Of a stretch of 57,368 nt of DNA, positions 16,133 through 25,375 are shown one piece after another. The notes beneath the pieces were generated by a model. The model worked only from the letters and a program-made list of their open reading frames with translations. It made no database searches and had not been told where the DNA came from. The stretch's first letter is position 1; each line of letters starts with the position of its first letter. The translations under genes and the position numbers were made by a program. The DNA is from Candidatus Omnitrophota bacterium (lineage in GTDB: Bacteria; Omnitrophota; Gorgyraeia; Duberdicusellales; 4484-171): contig JAWOBO010000089.1 in assembly GCA_046484225.1 (NCBI GenBank), positions 1 through 57,368 of the forward strand. The letters run 5' to 3'.

Positions 16133-17425
16133 TTGATCAAAAGATATACCCCAGAAAAAATAGGTAAGATTTGGCAAGAAGATGAGAAATTTAAGCGTTT
16201 TTTAAAGATAGAAGCTTTATTTTGTGAAGCTTTAGAAAAACAAAAGAAAATACCTAAAGGGACTAGCAAAAAGTTTTCAAAGGTAAAAATTTCAACTAGC
16301 AAAATAAAAGAGATTGAGGCAAAAACCCGTCATGATATTGTAGCTTTTCTAAAGCATATCTCGGATCAAATTGGCCCCGCTGCTCAATATCTTCATCGTG
16401 GCCTTACTTCTTCAGATCTTTTGGATACAACTTTAGCTTGGCAGATAAAAGATGCTTGTAAAATTATTCTCTCGGATTTAGATAAGCTAATAACTGTAAC
16501 CAAAAGAAAAGCAATAAAGTATAAAGATACAATATGTATGGCTCGTACCCATGGGATGCATGCTGAAATTTATAGTTTCGGGCTGAAATTTCTTTACTTA
16601 TATAATGATCTTTTAGAAGAAAGAAAAAAAATATCCGATGGTCTTGACTATATGGTTTGTGGTAAGATCTCCGGGGCCGTAGGAACATTTGCTTATTTTA
16701 ACCCAACCATCGAAGATTATATTTGTAAAAAGATAGGGATAAACAGAACAAAAGTTTCTACGCAAATTGTTTCTCGAGAGAGATTTGCATATTTTTTATT
16801 TTTACTTTCATTGGTTGGTTCAACCCTTGAAAGGTTTGCTACCGAAATTAGGCATCTTCATCGGACAGAAGTTAATGAAGCTAAAGAGCCTTTCTATCAA
16901 GGTCAAAAAGGTTCTTCGGCCATGCCGCATAAGCAAAATCCTATTGTTTGTGAAAGAATTTCTGGTTTAGCACGCTTACTCCGTTCTAATGCAATTGCTG
17001 CTTCAGAAAATATAAATCTTTGGCATGAGCGGGATATTTCACATTCTTCAGTAGAAAGGGTTATAATTCCTGATTCTACAATAACTATAGATTATATGCT
17101 GAAAAAATTTAAAGAAGTTATTTCTAGAATAAATGTAAATTCCAAAGGAATGCTTAAAAATATTGAACTCAACAGGGGAATAGTTTATTCTCAGAAAGTA
17201 TTAACTGAACTTATGAAAAAAGGTTTATCTAGAATGGAAGCCTATGACTTAGTTCAAAAAATTTCTTTAGAGGTAATCAATAATAACTCAAGTTTCAAAA
17301 AAGAAGTATTTAAAAATAAAAAGATAAAAGACATCTTGGGTGAAAAAGTTTTAAATGATATATTTGATCCTTATAGCTATCTATCAAATGTAGACAAAAT
17401 TTATAAAAGGTTTAATTTAAGTTAA
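16133..17425 (+). CDS. purB: adenylosuccinate lyase
   Basis: Signature GSSAMPHKQNP. Canonical N-terminus (L)IKRYTPEKIGKIW. Start moved to in-frame TTG 16133, 5 nt after GAGGAGG (16121-16127). The ORF-track start at 16097 has no SD. Confidence 0.9.
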   Translation: MIKRYTPEKIGKIWQEDEKFKRFLKIEALFCEALEKQKKIPKGTSKKFSKVKISTSKIKEIEAKTRHDIVAFLKHISDQIGPAAQYLHRGLTSSDLLDTTLAWQIKDACKIILSDLDKLITVTKRKAIKYKDTICMARTHGMHAEIYSFGLKFLYLYNDLLEERKKISDGLDYMVCGKISGAVGTFAYFNPTIEDYICKKIGINRTKVSTQIVSRERFAYFLFLLSLVGSTLERFATEIRHLHRTEVNEAKEPFYQGQKGSSAMPHKQNPIVCERISGLARLLRSNAIAASENINLWHERDISHSSVERVIIPDSTITIDYMLKKFKEVISRINVNSKGMLKNIELNRGIVYSQKVLTELMKKGLSRMEAYDLVQKISLEVINNNSSFKKEVFKNKKIKDILGEKVLNDIFDPYSYLSNVDKIYKRFNLS

Positions 17426-17466
17426 ACCCACCATTGATTGATTAACTAATTAAAAATAGGAGTTTT

Positions 17467-20364
17467 ATGATTTGGAGGATAGATGTATTCTCTAAAGAAA
17501 AAGAAGAAAATATCGAGCTTAAATCTCAAATAAAGGATTTAGGGTTTAAAGATTTTTACTTTTATACAAAGAAAGTATATCTTATCGATGCAAAGTTTGA
17601 TTTTGGAAAAATAAAACAAGTTGCAGAAGAACTTCTCATAGATCCAATTACCGAAAAATATTCTTTATCCCAAGCTATATTTAGCGAAAAACCTTCACCC
17701 CAAGAAATTATGGTAATTTACCACCCGGGTGTTTTTGACTCTGTAGCTGCTTCTTTAAAAAAAGCTATTAGTGATTTGTCATTAGGCGCTGCTGAGGTTC
17801 GCACTGCTACTGTTTATGAGTTTGATGGCCTAAATCAGGCCCAGATTCGTTCTTTAGGGCCTAAAGTTATCTATAATCCGGTTATTGAACAGGTAGCTGA
17901 CTATAATAAATTAAAAGACCTAGAAAGCTTATCTCAGCTGGTAGCTAGTAGTTATCGTTTTGAGCTTAAGGTTATAGATTTGTTAGGAGCCGATGAAAAA
18001 AGATTAGAGCAAATATCTAAGGAAGGTTGTCTAGCTTTAAATGTTTTTGAAATGAAAAAGATTCAAAGGTATTTTAAAAATCGAGACCGTAATCCTACTG
18101 ACTGTGAGTTAGAAACTTTAGCTGTGTTATGGTCAGAACATTGTGGACACAAAACTTTTTCTGGGCTTATTGATTATAAAGAAAAAGAAGATGACAGAAT
18201 AGTAAAAGAAGAGAAAATAAATAATTTACTTAAATCTACAATAATGAAGGCAACAAAAGATATAAATTCTTCTGAATGTGTATCTGTGTTTGATGATAAC
18301 TCAGGTATTGTAAAGTTTGATCAAGATCAAAATATTTGTTTTAAGGTAGAAACTCACAATCATCCTTCAAGTCTTGAGCCATACGGAGGAGCTTCAACTG
18401 GTATTGGTGGAGTAATTAGAGATGTTTTAGGCACAGGATGTGGTTTTAGGCCCTTTGCCTCGATAGATGCTTTTTGTTTTTCTAATTGGCAAATGGAAGA
18501 TAAAGAGTTACCCAAAGGCTTGCTTCATCCCCGTAGAGTTATCAAAGGAGTAGTGTCGGGGGTAAGAGACTATGGCAATAAAATGGGGATTCCTACTGTA
18601 GCCGGATCAGTACTTTTTGATAATCGTTTTTTAGGTAATCCTTTAGTTTATTGTGGAACAATCGGAATTGGTTCTTCTGATAAATCTTTTAAAAAAGTTA
18701 AAAAAGGAGACTTAATTGTAGTTTGTGGAGCAAAAACTGGTAAAGATGGAATCCATGGCGCTACTTTTTCTTCCCAAGAACTAGACCAAGAAGCTATGGG
18801 CCTGCGAAGTGCTGTCCAAATTGGTAATCCTATTGAAGAAAAGAAGGTTACAGATGCTTTAATGCAGGCTCAGGAAAAAGATTTGTTTACTGCAATTACA
18901 GATTGCGGAGCCGGAGGACTTTCGAGCGCCGTTACTGAGCTAGCTAAAGGCTATGGAGCTAAAGTTTACCTGGATAAAGTACCACTTAAATATAAAGGGT
19001 TAACTTATACTGATATTTGGATATCTGAATCTCAGGAAAGAATGGTATTTTTTACCCAAGAAGATAAGATTGAGGAGTTAAAGAATATTTTTAATCAAGA
19101 AGAGGTCGATATGACTGTGATCGGTCAGGTGACCGGTTCTAACGATTTAACTCTTTTTTATCAGGATAATAAGGTGGCAGAGTTAGATATGGAGTTTATT
19201 TTTAGCAGCCTTCAACTTTCAAAGGAAGCTGTTTGGGTAAATAATAGACAAAAAAAAGAGCAATTAAAAGAAAAAGATAACTACAATGATGATTTAGCTG
19301 CTGTTCTAAGTTCGCCTAATATTGCTCCCAAAGATTGGATTTTGAATCAATATGACCATGAAGTCCAGGGAGGTTCAGTATTAAAGGCGATTGGTAATTC
19401 ACCGATTTGTACCAACGATGCAGCAGTGATAAGGCCTAAGCTTAGCAGCAGGAAAGCTGTTGCAGTTGGATGTGGGATAAATCCTTTTTATTCTGATATT
19501 GATCCTTATTGGATGGCGGCTTTGGCTATTGATGAAGCTCTGAGGAATTTAGTTTCGACTGGGGCATCTTTGGATAAAACTTTTATTTTAGATAACTTTA
19601 GCTGGGGCTCACCGGAAGATCCGCAAGTATTGGGCGGTTTAGTACGGGCGGCAAAAGCTTGTTATGACTACTCGGTTTATTTTGGGGTGCCTTTTATCTC
19701 GGGAAAAGATAGTTTATATAACGAATATAATTTAGGTAAAGAGAAGATAACCATTCCCGGGACACTTTTAATTTCAGCTGTATCGGTATTAGATGATTGG
19801 CAGCTAGCTTTAGGGAGTAGTTTTTCAAAAGAAGGTAATCTTATTTATCTGGTTGGTTTGACCAAACCGGAACTTGGTCAATCTGAATATTTAAGACAAA
19901 AAGGCCTAAATCAAGGATTGGTTCCAAAAGTTGAAGCTAACGCAAAAGATATCTTTGTTAATTTATCTAAAGCTATAGAGAAGAAGCTAGTTGCTTCTTG
20001 CCATGATTTATCTGAAGGCGGGCTTGCAGTAGCTGTTTCTGAGATGTGTGTCGGTTCAGGGTTGGGAGCATCTCTTTTCTTAAAAGAACTACCGGTTCAA
20101 GAAGATATCAAAGATTATCAGCTTTTATTTTCTGAATCGCCTTCAAGATTTTTAGTTGAAGTTGACAAAGATAAAAAAGAAGATTTTGAAAAACAGCTTC
20201 AAGGAGTTCCTTTGGGAGTAATCGGGTGTAGTTCGGCTGACAAACAGTTGATAATATACAACAAAGACTCAACAAAGGTTGTTGATGCGGATTTATCGTT
20301 TTTAGAGGAAAGCCTGCTTAAAGTATTTAAGGAGTTTAGGTGGAATCCAAAGGTAAAGGGCTAG
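17467..20364 (+). CDS. purL: FGAM synthase PurL with two fused N-terminal PurS-like repeats
   Basis: 965 aa. SEHCGHKTF, ETHNHPS and duplicated AIR-synthase-like domains. The N-terminal ~165 aa contain two PurS-like segments (..ELLIDPITEKY and ..VIYNPVIEQVADY). Confidence 0.9.
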   Translation: MIWRIDVFSKEKEENIELKSQIKDLGFKDFYFYTKKVYLIDAKFDFGKIKQVAEELLIDPITEKYSLSQAIFSEKPSPQEIMVIYHPGVFDSVAASLKKAISDLSLGAAEVRTATVYEFDGLNQAQIRSLGPKVIYNPVIEQVADYNKLKDLESLSQLVASSYRFELKVIDLLGADEKRLEQISKEGCLALNVFEMKKIQRYFKNRDRNPTDCELETLAVLWSEHCGHKTFSGLIDYKEKEDDRIVKEEKINNLLKSTIMKATKDINSSECVSVFDDNSGIVKFDQDQNICFKVETHNHPSSLEPYGGASTGIGGVIRDVLGTGCGFRPFASIDAFCFSNWQMEDKELPKGLLHPRRVIKGVVSGVRDYGNKMGIPTVAGSVLFDNRFLGNPLVYCGTIGIGSSDKSFKKVKKGDLIVVCGAKTGKDGIHGATFSSQELDQEAMGLRSAVQIGNPIEEKKVTDALMQAQEKDLFTAITDCGAGGLSSAVTELAKGYGAKVYLDKVPLKYKGLTYTDIWISESQERMVFFTQEDKIEELKNIFNQEEVDMTVIGQVTGSNDLTLFYQDNKVAELDMEFIFSSLQLSKEAVWVNNRQKKEQLKEKDNYNDDLAAVLSSPNIAPKDWILNQYDHEVQGGSVLKAIGNSPICTNDAAVIRPKLSSRKAVAVGCGINPFYSDIDPYWMAALAIDEALRNLVSTGASLDKTFILDNFSWGSPEDPQVLGGLVRAAKACYDYSVYFGVPFISGKDSLYNEYNLGKEKITIPGTLLISAVSVLDDWQLALGSSFSKEGNLIYLVGLTKPELGQSEYLRQKGLNQGLVPKVEANAKDIFVNLSKAIEKKLVASCHDLSEGGLAVAVSEMCVGSGLGASLFLKELPVQEDIKDYQLLFSESPSRFLVEVDKDKKEDFEKQLQGVPLGVIGCSSADKQLIIYNKDSTKVVDADLSFLEESLLKVFKEFRWNPKVKG

Positions 20365-20370
20365 GTAGTT

Positions 20371-21144
20371 ATGGCAGAACCTAAAGTTTTAATTTTCCGC
20401 ACTGCGGGAACAAATTGTGATAAAGAAACAGAATTTGCTTTTAGGGCTGCCGGGGCAAAAACTGAGCTAGATCATATAAATTTTATCAAAAGAAAAAAAG
20501 ACTTTTTCTCTTATCAAATTATCTGTATTCCCGGCGGTTTTAGTTATGGAGATGATTTGGGAGCGGGCAAGATATTTTCTTTAGAAATTATTCTTTGGTT
20601 AAAAGATAAACTGAAAAGTTTTATCCAAAAAGGAGGTTTAATTTTAGGAGTTTGTAACGGGTTTCAAGTTTTAGTTAGGTCTGGCATTCTTCCTAATTTA
20701 GATTTTGTCCAAAGTTTAAGTTTAATAGAAAACGACTCTAGGCGCTTTGAAGACAGATGGGTCCAGTTAAAAATAGATTCTAATTCTAATTGTTTAGCTA
20801 GGAAGATATGGTTAAGGCAGTTACCTGAATTGATTCATTTGCCGGTTGCTCATGCTGAAGGTAAATTGTTTTGTAATCAGAAGATCCTAAGTAGAGTTAA
20901 AGATAGTAGCCAGGTTGCTTTAAGATATAGCAATGATGGGGGTGGTGTTGTTAACTATCCTGATAATCCTAACGGCTCCTTAGACAATATTGCCGGTATT
21001 GTAGACAAAACCGGGAGAGTTCTCGGGCTTATGCCGCACCCAGAAAGATTTATTTTTCAGCATCAATATCCTTTTTGGCTGAAAGGAAAGGCAGAACCTT
21101 GCGGCTTTAGCTTTTTTAAAAATTCTGTAAATTATTTTAAGTAA
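20371..21144 (+). CDS. purQ: FGAM synthase glutaminase subunit
   Basis: Triad GATase with GVCNGFQVL (Cys) and MPHPER. Confidence 0.9.
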   Translation: MAEPKVLIFRTAGTNCDKETEFAFRAAGAKTELDHINFIKRKKDFFSYQIICIPGGFSYGDDLGAGKIFSLEIILWLKDKLKSFIQKGGLILGVCNGFQVLVRSGILPNLDFVQSLSLIENDSRRFEDRWVQLKIDSNSNCLARKIWLRQLPELIHLPVAHAEGKLFCNQKILSRVKDSSQVALRYSNDGGGVVNYPDNPNGSLDNIAGIVDKTGRVLGLMPHPERFIFQHQYPFWLKGKAEPCGFSFFKNSVNYFK

Positions 21145-21164
21145 TTCAATAAAGGAGAATATCT

Positions 21165-22559
21165 ATGAGCGGTATATTTGGAGTAGTTTCAAAAAATAAA
21201 AGGTGCATGGATCAGCTCTTTTATCTTGGTGACTATCATTCTCATCTTGGCACTAATTTTGGGGGTGTAGCTTTATCCGGAAAGAGGATGGTGAGAAAGA
21301 TACATAATATAAGTAGCAGTCAATTTAAATCTAAACTATTAGAAGAATATAGTTCTTTAGAGGGCGATAAAGGAATTGGAGCTATAAGCTATGAAGAGCA
21401 GCCTTTATATGTTAAATCAAGATTTGGAGATTTTTGTCTGTCAATCAATGGATGGATAGATAATTGGAAGGTTTTAGCTAAAGAGTTATTTTCAAATAAT
21501 TTTTCTTTTAGTGAGGTTTCTAACAGTCGGGTAAATATATGTGAACTAGTAAGTAAATTGATCTTACAAAAAGGTTCTTTAGATCAAGGAATAGAATATA
21601 TGTACTCAAGAATTAAAGGTTCTATATCTTTGTTGATTTTAACAAAAAAGGGAATCTACGCTTCTCGGGACAAGCATGGAATATCATCGTTAGTTGTTGG
21701 TAGGAATAAGGATGGTTTTGCTATTGCTACCGAAACTGCGGCCTTCCCCAATCTAGATTTTAAAGTTGAAAAAGAACTTTTAGCGGGTGAACTGATATTT
21801 ATAAATAAAGATGGTATTCGGCAAAAAAAGAAAGGAAACAATAAAAACCTAAAGGTTTGTGCTTTTTCCTGGATTTATACAGGATTTCCTGCTTCTTCTT
21901 ATGAAGGTATAAATACAGAAAAAGTAAGAGAAAACTGTGGCCGCTGTTTAGCTCGAGCTGACAGAATTAAGCCTGATTTAGCAGCTGGGGTTCCGGACTC
22001 TGGTACTGCTCATGCTATAGGGTATGCTTTAGGTAAAAATATTCCTTTCCGCAGGCCCTTAGTTAAATATACGCCTGGATATGGACGCAGCTATCTTCCT
22101 TCTGCCCAGAGCATAAGAGATTTGGTAGCTAAAATGAAACTTATTCCAATTAAAGAAATAATTAAAAATCGAAAAATTGTTCTTTGTGAAGATTCAATTG
22201 TAAGAGGTACACAGCTTAAAAACTATACTCTTACCAAACTATGGAAAAATAAAGCTAAACAAGTTCATGTCAGAGTTGCTTGCCCACCCCTGATGTTTCC
22301 CTGCATCTTTAACTATTCAACCCGAACTAAAAAAGAGTTAGTGGCTCGCCGAGCCATAAAAGCTATTGAGAAAAAAGAAATAAAAGACGTTTCTCAATAT
22401 ATAGATGATAAGTCTGCTAAATATAAGAAGATGGTGTCCTGGATAGCTAAAGATTTAGGAGCTACTAGTCTAAAGTACCAAAAAATTTCTGATATGGTTT
22501 CAGCTATTGGTTTACCTGAAGATAAGCTTTGCCTTTATTGCTGGAGGGGAAAAATATAA
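21165..22559 (+). CDS. purF: amidophosphoribosyltransferase-like protein (divergent glutaminase domain)
   Basis: PRTase half is intact (VPDSGTAHAIGYA, LCEDSIVRGTQ). The N-terminus is MSGIFG instead of MCGI(F/V)G. Good SD (AAGGAG) fixes the start. Confidence 0.75.
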   Translation: MSGIFGVVSKNKRCMDQLFYLGDYHSHLGTNFGGVALSGKRMVRKIHNISSSQFKSKLLEEYSSLEGDKGIGAISYEEQPLYVKSRFGDFCLSINGWIDNWKVLAKELFSNNFSFSEVSNSRVNICELVSKLILQKGSLDQGIEYMYSRIKGSISLLILTKKGIYASRDKHGISSLVVGRNKDGFAIATETAAFPNLDFKVEKELLAGELIFINKDGIRQKKKGNNKNLKVCAFSWIYTGFPASSYEGINTEKVRENCGRCLARADRIKPDLAAGVPDSGTAHAIGYALGKNIPFRRPLVKYTPGYGRSYLPSAQSIRDLVAKMKLIPIKEIIKNRKIVLCEDSIVRGTQLKNYTLTKLWKNKAKQVHVRVACPPLMFPCIFNYSTRTKKELVARRAIKAIEKKEIKDVSQYIDDKSAKYKKMVSWIAKDLGATSLKYQKISDMVSAIGLPEDKLCLYCWRGKI

Positions 22560-22573
22560 GCAGAGGAGAATTT

Positions 22574-23575
22574 ATGGGAAGAATTGATTATAAAAAAGCG
22601 GGCGTAGACATCAAAAAAGCCGATCAGTTTGTAGAAGGAATTAGTTCTTTTGTTTCTTCGCAGAAGATTAACGGGGTTTCTGCTTTCGGTTCTCTTTTTG
22701 ATTTTAAAGCTATAGCTAAAAAATATAAAGATCCAGTTTTGGTTTCTTCTACAGATGGAGTGGGAACAAAATTAAAATTAGCTCAAAAGTTTGGCCTACA
22801 TTCTGGAGTGGGGATAGATTTAGTAGCTATGAATGTTAATGATATTATTTGTTTGGGGGCTAGGCCTCTTTTTTTCCTTGATTATATAGCTTGTGGGAAA
22901 TTAAAACCAACTGTTTTAAAACAGGTAGTTAAAGGTATTCATAAAGCTTTGTTAAAGAGTAACTGCAGCCTTTTAGGAGGAGAAACTGCAGAGATGCCGG
23001 GAATGTATAAAAAGAACGAATATGATTTAGCTGGATTTTGTTTGGGTGTAGTTGACAAAAAGAAGATAATAAATGGCAGTAAAATTAAAGAAGGGGATAA
23101 AATAATAGGAGTTTCTTCGTCAGGTCCACACTCTAATGGATTTTCTTTAATTAGAAAAACCTTAAATCAAAAAGATCTTAAAAATTACAAAAGCACCCTC
23201 CTTAAGCCTACTCGTATTTATGTAAAGCCAGTACTTTCTCTGATTTCAGCTAAGGGCTTTCAGAAGTCAGTAACCGGTATAGCTCATATTACCGGCGGAG
23301 CTTTTTATAATAAAGCAACTAAAATTGTTCCTAGGGGTTTAAGTTTGGCAATAGATAAAAGAGGCTGGCGCCCGAGTAATATATTCAAAAAAATTCAGGA
23401 AAAAGGTAAATTAAGCCAAAGCCAGATGTATTCAGTTTTTAATATGGGTATTGGTTTAATAGTTGTTGTAAAAAAAGATGCAGCTAAAAAAACATTGAAT
23501 AGATTAAATAAAACCTATAAGAGTTATTTGATTGGAGAGGTTGTTAAAGGTAAAAATAAACTTATTCTGAATTAG
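22574..23575 (+). CDS. purM: AIR synthase
   Basis: DGVGTKLK and GGETAEMPG motifs. Start moved to ATG 22574 (MGRIDYKKAGVD, SD GAGGAG) rather than ORF-track 22529, which overlaps purF. Confidence 0.9.
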   Translation: MGRIDYKKAGVDIKKADQFVEGISSFVSSQKINGVSAFGSLFDFKAIAKKYKDPVLVSSTDGVGTKLKLAQKFGLHSGVGIDLVAMNVNDIICLGARPLFFLDYIACGKLKPTVLKQVVKGIHKALLKSNCSLLGGETAEMPGMYKKNEYDLAGFCLGVVDKKKIINGSKIKEGDKIIGVSSSGPHSNGFSLIRKTLNQKDLKNYKSTLLKPTRIYVKPVLSLISAKGFQKSVTGIAHITGGAFYNKATKIVPRGLSLAIDKRGWRPSNIFKKIQEKGKLSQSQMYSVFNMGIGLIVVVKKDAAKKTLNRLNKTYKSYLIGEVVKGKNKLILN

Positions 23576-23594
23576 TTTACAAATAGGAGTGGTC

Positions 23595-24866
23595 GTGAAA
23601 GTTTTAGTTGTTGGATCAGGAGCTAGAGAACATTGTTTAGTTGATAAATTGTTTCAAAGCCCTCATGTTGATAAAATTTATTCTGCCCCTGGTAACGGAG
23701 GAACAACTCAGTTAGCGGAAAATATTGATATTAAAGCCGATGATATTAAATCGTTAGTTAAATTTGCAGTTACTAAAGATATAGAGCTTACTGTGGTAGG
23801 GCCGGAGTTGCCTTTAGCTAAAGGAATTGTAGATAGATTTAAGGATGAAGGACTAAAAATATTTGGTCCAGGTAAAGAGTTGGCTAAATTAGAATCTTCT
23901 AAGATATTTGCCAAGGAGTTAATGCAAAGATATAATATTCCTACTGCAGATTTTCGAGTTTTTAATCAACCTGATTTGGCAAAAAAATATCTAGATAAAA
24001 AGAAGTTTCCAGTTGTAGTTAAGGCAGATGGTTTAGCTGCCGGTAAAGGAGTTATGGTTTGTGAAACTAAAAATGAAGCTAAGACGGCAGTAGATACTAT
24101 AATGGTAGAAGAAAAGTTTGGCCAGGCGGGTAACAGATTAATTATCGAAGATTGTTTGGTTGGCCAAGAACTTTCGGTTTTAGCATTTAGTGACGGGGAG
24201 ACTATTTTGCCCTTGGTGGGCTCACAGGACCATAAACGTGCTTTTGATAATGATAGAGGGCCTAACACAGGAGGTATGGGGGCTTACGCACCGACTCCTT
24301 TATTAGATAAACAGAGTTTTGATCAGATAATAGATATTGTATTTTATCCTCTAATAAAAGGATTGAAAAAGGAAAATAAACTATATAAGGGTATTCTCTA
24401 TGCTGGCCTTATGATCACAGATGATGGGCCTAGAGTTTTAGAGTTTAACGTAAGGTTTGGAGATCCTGAAGCACAAGTCGTTTTACCCAAAATGAAAGGA
24501 GATCTAGCTGATATTTTTTTAAAAACTATCGACGGTAACTTATCTGAGGCAGAAATTGAATGGGATCAAAGGGCTTGTGTCTGTGTGGTCTTGGCTTCAG
24601 GAGGATATCCTAATAAATATCAAAAAGGAAAAGAAATAAAGGGGCTCGGAGCTTTGGAAAATCAAAAAGATATTCTAGTTTATCATGCGGGAACAAAAAA
24701 AGAATCTGGAAAAATATTGACTAATGGAGGAAGGGTTTTAAGTGTGGTAGGTTTAGACCCTACAATCAAAAAAGCTAAAGAGAAAGTGTATCAAGCTGTC
24801 AAGAACATAGATTTTGACCAAATGCAGTATAGAAAAGATATAAGTGATAAAGCTTTTAAAGTATAG
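23595..24866 (+). CDS. purD: phosphoribosylamine--glycine ligase
   Basis: (M)KVLVVGSGAREH N-terminus, ATP-grasp, GPNTGGMGAY. GTG 23595 is preferred (AGGAG at 23585-23589). GTG 23589 is also possible. Confidence 0.9.
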   Translation: MKVLVVGSGAREHCLVDKLFQSPHVDKIYSAPGNGGTTQLAENIDIKADDIKSLVKFAVTKDIELTVVGPELPLAKGIVDRFKDEGLKIFGPGKELAKLESSKIFAKELMQRYNIPTADFRVFNQPDLAKKYLDKKKFPVVVKADGLAAGKGVMVCETKNEAKTAVDTIMVEEKFGQAGNRLIIEDCLVGQELSVLAFSDGETILPLVGSQDHKRAFDNDRGPNTGGMGAYAPTPLLDKQSFDQIIDIVFYPLIKGLKKENKLYKGILYAGLMITDDGPRVLEFNVRFGDPEAQVVLPKMKGDLADIFLKTIDGNLSEAEIEWDQRACVCVVLASGGYPNKYQKGKEIKGLGALENQKDILVYHAGTKKESGKILTNGGRVLSVVGLDPTIKKAKEKVYQAVKNIDFDQMQYRKDISDKAFKV

Positions 24867-24889
24867 TTAATTAACCAGAAGGAGGTAAA

Positions 24890-25345
24890 ATGAGCAAAAA
24901 GATAGTTATTGTTTTAGGGAGCGAATCAGACAAAGAAAAGCTAAAGGCGGGTTTTGATCTTTTAGATGAATTTAGCGTTTCTTATCAGTTAAAGGTAATT
25001 TCGGCACATAGAAATCCTGATAAGTTAAGAAGTTATTGTAAAGAAATTGAAGAAGACAGGACTAATTTAGTTATAGCTTGTGCGGGTTTAGCGGCAGCTT
25101 TACCTGGTTTTATGGCATCTTATCTAAATATTCCGGTAATTGGGGTAGGCCTAAAAGGTGGCTTAGCCGATGGCTTAGATTCTCTCTTTTCTATAGTTAG
25201 TGCCCCCAAAGGAATTGGGTTAGTTTCTTCCGGGCTAGGAAAGAATGGTTTTATAAATGCTATTATTTTTGGCTTGGAAATGATGGGCATATCAGATAAA
25301 GAAAGCTTGGAAAAGGCAGAAAAAATAAAAAATAAATTTAAATGA
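24890..25345 (+). CDS. purE: PurE (N5-CAIR mutase / AIR carboxylase family)
   Basis: GSESD and SAHRNP motifs, 151 aa. Class not assignable by eye (AGLAAALPG instead of AGGAAHLPG). No purK in the window. Confidence 0.8.
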   Translation: MSKKIVIVLGSESDKEKLKAGFDLLDEFSVSYQLKVISAHRNPDKLRSYCKEIEEDRTNLVIACAGLAAALPGFMASYLNIPVIGVGLKGGLADGLDSLFSIVSAPKGIGLVSSGLGKNGFINAIIFGLEMMGISDKESLEKAEKIKNKFK

Positions 25346-25375
25346 CAATAATTAATTGATTAATTATCTAATAAA

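Noticed and set aside
16767-16970. Plus-strand alternative-frame ORFs inside genes (16767-16970 in purB, 44161-44358 in asd, 53745-53966 in ftsI).
   Set aside because: They are embedded in strongly supported genes, have no SD, and their translations are hydrophobic or low-complexity frame artefacts.
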